Part shown: positions 24,293 to 33,400 of the stretch, in pieces | Layout: every line of letters starts with the position of its first letter | Position numbering within the stretch: the stretch's first letter is position 1 | Source of the DNA: a virus | Lineage: Duplodnaviria > Heunggongvirae > Uroviricota > Caudoviricetes | Virus record (IMG/VR): IMGVR_UViG_3300006149_000003 | Direction: 5' to 3' (one strand) | Length of the DNA: 59,241 nt | The notes under the pieces: generated by a model | Told to the model about the DNA's origin: nothing | What the model saw: only the letters and a program-made list of their open reading frames with translations | Databases searched by the model: none | Position numbers and translations under genes: made by a program

Positions 24293-24330
24293 GAGGCGTT
24301 GCAGAAAATAGGCTGCAGCGCCTCCTTTTT
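24293..24330 (+). terminator. Intrinsic terminator
   Basis: GAGGCGTTGCAG-N8-CTGCAGCGCCTC-CTTTTT. Confidence 0.75.
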
Positions 24331-24350
24331 CGATTTGGAGGTGAGTAGAG

Positions 24351-24884
24351 GTGAATATCCTGGCCGTTGATCAGGCCAGACATGGTGCGTGGGCTGTTTT
24401 CGATTATGAAGAAAAGTCTCTGGTTGACTATGGGACGTGGGCTTTTGAGAGCAAAAATCATACATTTGAACAGGCAATTTTGCACATCGAGGCGTTGATA
24501 AATGAAGTGATACACACGCGCTGCATTGATGCGGTTTTCTTTGAGGACATTCAGTTGAGAAAGAATGTGCAATCTTTCAAGAAACTGGCACAGTTGCAGG
24601 GTGTACTCGTAAATCTGTGTGAGAAAAACGAATACCTTTATGGTCTTGTAGCACCAACGCAATGGCAAAATTTTTGTAAAGCACGAGGCAGAACTACCAA
24701 GGAAATCAAATCCAAGGTAAAAGAGGTGGAGCTTGAACCAAAGAAAAGTTCCAAAATTCTTTCTCTGCAATTTGTGCGGGAAAAGTTCGGAATCGAGACT
24801 GATAATGACAACCTTTCGGATGCAATCTGTATTGGTCACTATGTCGTAAACAATTTGGAAATATCAAAAGGAGAGAAAACATGA
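24351..24884 (+). CDS. RuvC-like Holliday junction resolvase
   Basis: 177 aa; ILAVDQ, FFED, DNLSDA acidic catalytic set. Confidence 0.8.
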   Translation: MNILAVDQARHGAWAVFDYEEKSLVDYGTWAFESKNHTFEQAILHIEALINEVIHTRCIDAVFFEDIQLRKNVQSFKKLAQLQGVLVNLCEKNEYLYGLVAPTQWQNFCKARGRTTKEIKSKVKEVELEPKKSSKILSLQFVREKFGIETDNDNLSDAICIGHYVVNNLEISKGEKT

Positions 24885-25528
24885 GTGCAAACATGAAGAA
24901 TCGTATTTGTGGTGAATTTGCCGAGGACTTTGAGGACATTCAGGATTTGATGGAGGATGTGCTTCCTGAACCTTCCTTGCTTGAATACTATCGTCGGCTG
25001 AAAAAGAGGGAAATTCTCTGGAACGACGAAATTGATGATGCCACAGTCGACATTGCGCTTTACATCCGAAAGTGGAATGCAGAGGATAGAGGCATTGAAC
25101 CGAAGGATCGTCGGCCTATCAAAATCCTTATCAATTCAGACGGCGGCAGTGTGGATACAGTGCTACACATCATTGATATGATCCACTTATCTAAAACCCC
25201 CGTTTATACCATTGGCATGGGACGAGTTTATAGTGCTGGTGGCCTTTTGCTGATGGCCGGTCACAAACGGTATATCTTCCCTCATACCAGTTGTCTTATT
25301 CACGATGGATCTTCTGGTGCAATCGGCAGTATTGGCAAAATGTTGGATAACTTGGAATTTACCAAGGAGCTGGAGGTGCGGATGAAAGCGTATATCATTT
25401 CCAGCACTCACATTACGGAGGATGTTTATGACAAGAACTACCGGCGAGACTGGTTTATGTTCAGTGAAGAAATGATTAAGTTGGGAATCGCTGATGAGAT
25501 TGTGACAGACATTGATACCATTCTTTAA
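24881..25528 (+). CDS. clpP: ClpP-like serine protease subunit
   Basis: 215 aa; INSDGG, YSAG (Ser), LIHD (His), RDW (Asp), GIADEI. Confidence 0.85.
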   Translation: MSANMKNRICGEFAEDFEDIQDLMEDVLPEPSLLEYYRRLKKREILWNDEIDDATVDIALYIRKWNAEDRGIEPKDRRPIKILINSDGGSVDTVLHIIDMIHLSKTPVYTIGMGRVYSAGGLLLMAGHKRYIFPHTSCLIHDGSSGAIGSIGKMLDNLEFTKELEVRMKAYIISSTHITEDVYDKNYRRDWFMFSEEMIKLGIADEIVTDIDTIL

Positions 25529-25531
25529 GGA

Positions 25532-26266
25532 GTGAAAAATATGGCGCGGAAAAATATTGGCGTGAGCATTCATGATGTTCCTATTACCCTTTCTGAACAC
25601 CCGTTTTATGGGCTGAGGCTGGATGAACAGCAAAAGATTTTTCGGGATGCGATTTGGAGCAAGGAGAAACTGGTTGTTTTCTGTAACGCCAAGGCAGGTA
25701 CAGGAAAAACACTTATTGCTACTGCCACGGCCAATCTTCTATATGAGTATGGCAGAAGCCAAGGCATTGTGTATATCGCTTCACCGACACAGGAACAAAA
25801 ACAAGGTTTCCTAAAGGGAACTATCGAAGAAAAATCCGAACCGTATTTCGAGCCGTTTTATGAAGCGTTAGATAAGATAGGTGTGAATCGGAACACCGCA
25901 TTTTATGACAGTTCTATCAACGAGAAGTACCAGAGCGCCTACATCGAATGTTTGACACACACTTTTCTGCGAGGCACGAACTTTGAGAACAAGGTAGTTA
26001 TTGTAGATGAAGCCCAGAATTTCTACTTTGATGAGTTAAAAAAAGTGCTAACACGTGTCCATGATAGCTGCAAAGTAATTGTTATCGGACATGACGGACA
26101 GAACGACCTTATTTCCAATCCGGAGCGTTCTGGATTTGTGCCTTACATGGAGTGGTTTAACAATGATGAGCGGACGGCAGTTTGCCGTCTGGAAAAGAAC
26201 TATCGTGGCTGGATCAGTCAACACGCGGATGATTTGACTTACAATCTGGCTATGAAAATGAACTGA
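25532..26266 (+). CDS. phoH: PhoH-family ATPase
   Basis: 244 aa; AGTGKT, FLRGTNF, IVDEAQN, GHDGQND. Confidence 0.85.
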   Translation: MKNMARKNIGVSIHDVPITLSEHPFYGLRLDEQQKIFRDAIWSKEKLVVFCNAKAGTGKTLIATATANLLYEYGRSQGIVYIASPTQEQKQGFLKGTIEEKSEPYFEPFYEALDKIGVNRNTAFYDSSINEKYQSAYIECLTHTFLRGTNFENKVVIVDEAQNFYFDELKKVLTRVHDSCKVIVIGHDGQNDLISNPERSGFVPYMEWFNNDERTAVCRLEKNYRGWISQHADDLTYNLAMKMN

Positions 26267-26278
26267 TTCTGGAGGATT

Positions 26279-26905
26279 ATGATAATGAAGAAAATCGCAG
26301 TGAATACTGTAAAAGCCTTTCTAAAAGAGCACAAGCGTGAAGACGCATATACCCAGACATTCACCATGGGAGACAGTTCTTTTGAAGTGGCCTTTCACAC
26401 AGCGTTGACAGTAAGTGAGAAAACCACCTTTATCAATCGGGTGATTTCCGGTTGTTTTGATTCTACGGGCAAATTCCGGCCTGAGTATGTTTCCCCTATG
26501 CTGCGGGCCACAATTATGCAGATGTGTACGAACCTTCCGCCCCTGACTCTCAAAAACGAAACAGACGATGAGGGCGCTGCGGCATTGGATTTGAACGGCA
26601 TGAACGAGCTGTATTTGGCTCTCAATCTGGATGCCGTGCAGAATGAGGGGTATCAGGCTATGTTGGGTGAAATGGTTGCCCTCTGTACTCAAGCTATCGA
26701 CTGGAAGAAGGGCTGTACTTTGAGTGGTAACACAACGGAGAACGCTCTGCGTGATTTGATTGTGGCTCTGACTACAAAGGTGGATAGTCTGAATGTGAGC
26801 GACCTGATGCAGTTTGCAGGTGATCTGTCTGTTGCGACAAAGGGGTTAGACGAGGGCGGCATTTTGCAAGGATTACTTAAACTCCACGAGGGGAAGAAAG
26901 AGTAA
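26279..26905 (+). CDS. Hypothetical protein (possible tail assembly chaperone), 208 aa
   Basis: RBS GGAGG; lies ahead of the tape measure. Confidence 0.65.
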   Translation: MIMKKIAVNTVKAFLKEHKREDAYTQTFTMGDSSFEVAFHTALTVSEKTTFINRVISGCFDSTGKFRPEYVSPMLRATIMQMCTNLPPLTLKNETDDEGAAALDLNGMNELYLALNLDAVQNEGYQAMLGEMVALCTQAIDWKKGCTLSGNTTENALRDLIVALTTKVDSLNVSDLMQFAGDLSVATKGLDEGGILQGLLKLHEGKKE

Positions 26906-26922
26906 AAGAAGGAGGTGGCGGC

Positions 26923-27420
26923 ATGGGTACGACTATTCGTGAAGCTCTTGCGGCAGCGAACAAAAAATTGATGGGAAAGATTGACGATGCCATGAATAAT
27001 GAAGTATTCAAAGAGATTCAAGACGAAGAAGCCGCCACCATTTACGAGGTTATCTATAAAGTCTATACGCCTCGAATGTATCGCAGACGCGGAGAATATG
27101 GCGGTATGGCTGACCCTTATAACATTGAAATTGAGGGAGGAACATCCCGTGGTGGAGTTATGGCGGTAGTCAACTTAACCGATCCGAATCCGGGCGGCTG
27201 TATGAGCGAGGGACAGGTGACGACCGGGAAAAATCTTCCCGAACTAATCGAGTACGGGCATGGGTACAAGTTTTATCAATACGACTTTCCGAAACAAGGC
27301 GCGGCCTATATGGGGCCGCGTCCTTTTACTGCAAAAACGATTGAACACCTAAAAGCAAGTAAAGCACACATCACTGCTTTGAAAGCAGGATTACAAAGGC
27401 AGGGTGTCAAAGTGAAATGA
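26923..27420 (+). CDS. HK97 gp10-like tail completion protein candidate
   Basis: 165 aa; Y.P..Y.R motif, IEYG, GPRPF. Confidence 0.6.
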   Translation: MGTTIREALAAANKKLMGKIDDAMNNEVFKEIQDEEAATIYEVIYKVYTPRMYRRRGEYGGMADPYNIEIEGGTSRGGVMAVVNLTDPNPGGCMSEGQVTTGKNLPELIEYGHGYKFYQYDFPKQGAAYMGPRPFTAKTIEHLKASKAHITALKAGLQRQGVKVK

Positions 27421-27448
27421 TTTTTGAAATAAAGGGTGGTGAGAAAAG

Positions 27449-30400
27449 ATGGACGAAGATCTGAAGATTGTATTGACGAGCGAACTGGAGGCCGACGAAC
27501 AGGCTTCCGCACAACGAATTTCAGCGCAGCTTCCTAATATTGCGAAGATGATCAACTCGAAAAGCACTATCAAGGTTGGCGTTTCTCTGGATAGCTCTAA
27601 CATTCAGTCTGAAGCCCAAAAAGTAAGTCGGCAGATCGCTCAGGCAACGAAAACACAAGGTATCGGCGTTACGTTGAATTTGGATCAAAGCTCTGTTGCA
27701 AAAATCCGGCAAGAGCTAAACAACTTGAAGGTCAGTCCTGATATTTCTCGCGCCATGACCGACCAGCTGGATAAGATGGGCATTCAGATTGATCGGATTA
27801 CTGGGCGGTGGCAAGCAGTCAACGGTGAAGAGGAGCGAATGCTGAACCTGACTATTCAGGGCACAGATCAGATGCAGCGCACGGTCACTTATTTGCAGAC
27901 CTACAACACTGAGACGGGCGAAATCAACACCCACTTGACCAATGTGACAGCCAATCTTGAACGCCAGCGGAATGTCCAGGAGCAAATTGCAAAGCAGGCG
28001 CAAAAGGATAATGAATCACGAGTTTCATACTTAAATCGGCAGTTGTCTATTTTGGCCGATGTCCAGGCTGCTTATGCTGGTTCCACCTCTGTAAAGCCGA
28101 TCAAGGATAGTTCACATTTGGAAACGCTGAATAATACCTATACTGCTCTTAATGCTCAAATTCAGAATATGATTTCTGCTGAGGGGCGTTTGGACAATGT
28201 GCAGCGTTCCAGCCTGGAGGCGCAGATTGCTAATCTGCAACGACTTGTAAAAGAGTATCAGAATGCGGAGTATGTAGCGACCAAGCTGAGGACAAAAGAC
28301 ATCGGTTCAATCAAGGGCGACCAGCTTTCCGGTTTGGAGGCTTTGGAAAAACGGCTGGAGGCTGCGGGAACGCTCACCGAGACATTTAAGACGAAAATCG
28401 ACGGACTGAAGACCTCTTTGCAAAATGTTGGCACTAAAGATGAGCTTGTGACATTTCTTAACAGCTTTGACCAGCTGAATAACGATGTGTCTGTGTTTCA
28501 AGAGCGGCTACGTGGTGTCAATGCTATATACACTCAGTTGATTGGTTTGGATAAACAGATTACCTCTGTGCAAGCTCAAATGGTGAAGTTAGACCCCAAA
28601 GCCGATCAGAATAAGTTGGTTGCTTTGCAGGGGCAGCTTGCAGTCCTACAGAACCAGAGAACTACCTTGGAGGGACAACTGGTTCCTTATGTGGATATCG
28701 TTCAATACGCACAACAGGCGGCGGCTCTTGAACAGAGCCGCCTTTTGAATGGTTCTCAGCTGGTATATACCCAGATGGAAATTGCGGATAAGGCGAGAGA
28801 ATACGATGCCGCTATGCAGCGCATTCCGAGCACTATCGCTGATTTGCAAACTAAATATAATCAGCTGGTGCAACCCACGGAGTCTGTTACTCGGAATATG
28901 AGACAGCTTCGGGAACTGGCGTCGCAATATAGCTCGAATATGGGCGATCGGGAAAAGGTTCAGACATATGAACGGCTGCAACAACTAATTGGAGCGTGCA
29001 GCAAAGAGATGTCTGAGCTGATGCGTGTCCAACGTGGCGAGGTCAACGATTTTAGATTCACTCAAAGTCTGGAAAAGGCAAAAGCGGATTTGGCAACCGT
29101 TGGAAGAACGTGGAGTGCCTTAAAAAAAGATCCTGGATTGAACGCACAGTTCCAGCAGTTGGAAGCAAATCTCAGACGAGTAAACAGCCAGGCAGATTTG
29201 ACTAAGTGGACAGCACAATTCAGTGCGTTTAAGTCTGAGGTTAAGGCGGCAGGGAAGAATATGCAATCCCTTGGCGATGTTCTGAAGAACAATGTCGGTA
29301 AGGTATTGCAGTGGGTTTCAGCTACAACGCTACTGTTCAGAGCCTTTCGTTTGCTGAGGTCTGCGATTTCAACGATTATCGACCTGGATACGGCTATGGT
29401 GGATTTGCGTAAGGTTACAGTGGCAACAGAGGCGGAGTATCGCAATTTCTACGCTACTGCAAACGATACAGCAAAGGCACTTGGAGTAACGACAGAGGCG
29501 GTCATCTCTCAAACCGCTGAGTGGGCACGTTTGGGTTATACTATGGCCGAGGCCGCAGAGTTGTCTAAAAACTCTGCAATTTTTGCGGCAATTTCTCCTG
29601 GTATGGACATTACTCAGGCAACAGATGGTCTGGTCAGCGCCTTGAAAGCGTTTGATGAAATCGACGTAAACGATTCCTTGGACGGTATCATCTCTAAGGT
29701 TAATGATATTGGCAATAAATTTGCTGTTTCCAATAAGGATATCGTAGAGGTTATGACCAGAAGCTCTTCAGCAATGAAAGCGGCGAATAATACTTTTGAG
29801 GAAACTGTGGCTCTGGCTACTGCCGCTGTGGAGATTACAAGAGATGCCTCCAGTGTCGGTAATGCTCTGAAAACTGTGTCTATGCGTATTCGTGGGTATG
29901 ACGAAGAACTTGAAGAGTATTCAAACGATGTCGCTGAATTGACAGGGGATATTGCGGATCTTACCAAAGTTGCCAGCAATAATAACCAAGGTGTTAGACT
30001 GTTTGAAGTTGGCGATCCCGATACTTACCGTTCCACATATGACATTCTTCAAGATATCGCAACAATTTGGGATGAGCTGACAGATAAGAACAGGGCACAA
30101 CTGCTGGAAGTTTTGTTCGGCAAACGGCAAGGCCAGATTGGTTCGGCTATTCTTTCCAATTTTGAGCAGGCTCAAAAAGCTATCGAAACAATGGAGAATA
30201 GTGCTGGTAGTGCAGAACGCGAAATGGATAAGATTACCCAGTCTTTGGAATACAAGCTCAATACTCTACAACAGACCTGGGTTGGCGTTGCCCAAAATCT
30301 ATTTCAGACCGATGATTTGAAATTGGTTGTTGACGGCCTGATTGCTGTTTCTAACGTGATTGACCGTTTAACACAGTCTCTTGGTTTGTTTGGATCTGGT

Positions 30401-33400
30401 GCTCTTATCACAACCATTGCACTGATTGCAAAGTTCAGATCGACGATGGGGTCTTTACAAACTACAGTATTGCCTGCTGTAAATGCAATTAAGGCATCTG
30501 GGGTAGCTATGGATGGTAGTGCGGCAAGCGTACAATTCTATGCTACGAAACTGATAGGGCTGGACAAGTCTCAACAGGCAGCTGCTATGAGCGCACTTGG
30601 ACTAACTGCGGAGCAGAAGAAACAGATCACAACGATGTCTGCTCTAATTGTTTCTGCCCAAAGATATACAATCCAGGAGCTTGCCGAAAAAGCGTCTACG
30701 GATAAAGCGACCGCTTCAGCCCTTGCTAAAAATATGGCAAAGGCCACTGAAAAGAGAACAACGGAACAGCTTTCTGCCGCAATGATGGTGGAAATTCTAA
30801 ATTCCAACAAATTGACCGCTACCCAAAAGCAGGCGATTATTGCATCTTTGGAACAAGCTGCGGCAAACGAAACCCAAGCATTTTCATGGAAAGTTGTCGG
30901 CGCAAATGCCAAGGCAGCGCTTGCAGCTATGGCGACTAATCCCATGACGTGGATTATGCTGGCGGTAACTGCGGTTATGGCATTGGTGCAGGCGTGGCAG
31001 AGCTATAAGCAGGCGCAAGAGGAAGCTCGTCAAGCGGCGATTGATGCTGCGAACTCGGCGGCTACACTCAGCGATGAAATTGTGGATTTGACAGGTCGCT
31101 ACTTGGAGTTGAGCGAAGCTGTTAAAACAGATGATTCTGTCAAGGAAGATTTGCTTTCTACCCAAGACGAGCTTATTGACAAGCTCGGAATAGAAAAAGA
31201 TCGAATCCAGGAGTTGACCGAAGAGTACGGGAACCTTACGGACGCAATTAAAGCAGCCGCGATAGAATCTCTCCAAGCGTCTGAGCGCGATTTGCGTGGT
31301 GGTCTTAACGCTCAAAAAGATGAGCTTTTATCAACTGGGAAAGGCTCTGGCCCCGCCAACAAATCAATGAACCACATAATTACAACATGGGGAGCAGATG
31401 AAGCGGATATTAACCGGAAAGGGTTGCAAGCTCTGGTTGACGCTGGATACATTTCGGATGGCTCATTTGCTCCACGTGGTATGGAATTGTGGTTGCCCAG
31501 TGAGGATGATTTTGATCTTTCAACTGTTGAGGGAGTCATTAACGCCTATGAGCGGTTGGGTAAAATGCTGGATATTGTGTCTGAAACTGCTGGTTCGGAT
31601 AACGAAGTCTACAATGCCCTATTTGATGCCTACAACAAATGCTCATCCGCAGTAAAGAGTTATCAGGACAGTATTTCGTCGTTGAACAACAATTTGGCTG
31701 AACAGTATATGTTGCAAGGCTTGATTGAAAATGAGATCCCGTCTACGGAAGATGAGTTCAACGACTATCGGCAGAGCGTGATAGCTGCGGCTGAGGAGAG
31801 CGGAGAATTTATTGGCTCAAGTCAAGATATTGCGAACGCTGTTGACTCTGTTCTGAAAAGCCAGTCGCATTTCGCGGCTTTCTATGCTGAGGATTTGGCT
31901 GGAGCCTCTGAGGAGACGGGTCGCTATATTGCACAGCTTCAAAAGTTGCCAGAGGTGCTTTCAAAACTGAAATCAGCTTATGATGTTTTGGAGGCGGCTC
32001 AAAAAGAGATGGCAGACGGCGGAGGGTTGTCTGCTGATACTATTGAAAAGCTGGCTTCTGCTGAGGACAATTATCTTGATTATCTCTATGAAGAAAATGG
32101 GGTTGTCAAGCTCAATACTGAGGCATGGAAAGAAAACGCCAATGTTAAAATGCAGAATGAGATGGCCGAAATCCAAAAGGAAATCGACTCGTTGGAAGAG
32201 CAAAATGAGGCTTTACGTGAGAATATTGCTTATTATGAGGAGCAACGTCAGCTTGGTAGTGATGGCGGTCTATGGAGTAATTTGATTGCTAAGGCAACAA
32301 ATGAAATCAATGAGAATACCGACGCTATTGCTGCTAACCAAAATAAGCTGGCAATTTATGAGTCGTTGTATGGAAATATCACGGGAAGTCTGGATGCTTA
32401 TAGTGCGGCACTAAACAACTTTTCCAACGTAGCAAGCACCATTGATTCTGTCTCCGATTCGTTCCAAACCCTTGCAGAACTGCAGGCTGAGGTTGCAAAT
32501 GGGTTCTCGCTGTCATTGGACAAGGCTTTGGAGTTCGCTAAGGTTTATCCTGAAATTCTCAACAATGCTCAAGTATCTGCTGATGGACAGGTTATTCTGA
32601 ACGAGGGTGTTGTCAACTCGTTTATTCAAGGAAAAAAGGCCGAGTTGGACGCACAGATTGATGCAGAGGTTGCCAAGCTGGAAGCGGATAAGGCCGTGTT
32701 GGAAGCGAAGGTTCAAGCAGCGCAGGCACAACTTGATCTCGCCCAAAATGTAGGTGAGGGAGAGGGTCAGATTGCTAAAGAGCTGGCGGAGTATCGTATC
32801 AACGCTGGCAATATTGTAGCACAAGCTCTGATTGACGCAGGGATTGATGAAGCTACTGCATTTAAGCTGGCGGCGGCAGCTATGGCCCAGAACGCAGAAG
32901 AGTTTGATCGTGTTGCTATGGAGGTCTGCACTGATGTAAACGGTAACTTTAATCAGGCCGCATATGCGGCAGCACAGGCTGTTTACAACAACATGACACA
33001 GGCGAAGCTGGATGTTGCTTCTTTTGCGAGACAATGCCAAGAAGCTGCTAAGGCTATGGCTGGAGTCGCTGGTGGTCAGGTTGCTGGATCAAGCGGTGTT
33101 CAGGGTGGCTCTGGTGGTGGTGTTGGCGGTAGTGGGATTTCTCTAAATCTAACAAGTGGGAGTTTCCAAGGTACTGATTATAACTATACTGCCAAGCAAA
33201 CAAATCTGGACGATTTTATTTCGCAGATTCAGCTTGATATCTCCAGCTACCAGAATGCGATTGCTCAGATTGATGGACAAATTGCCGCGCTTCGTGCGTT
33301 GAAAAATATCCCCTTGAAAGATTTTAAGGGTGGATTAGGCTCTGGTGGCGGTGGAGGCTCAGGTGGTGGATCTTCTAAGGAAGTTGAAGAGTATATTGCT

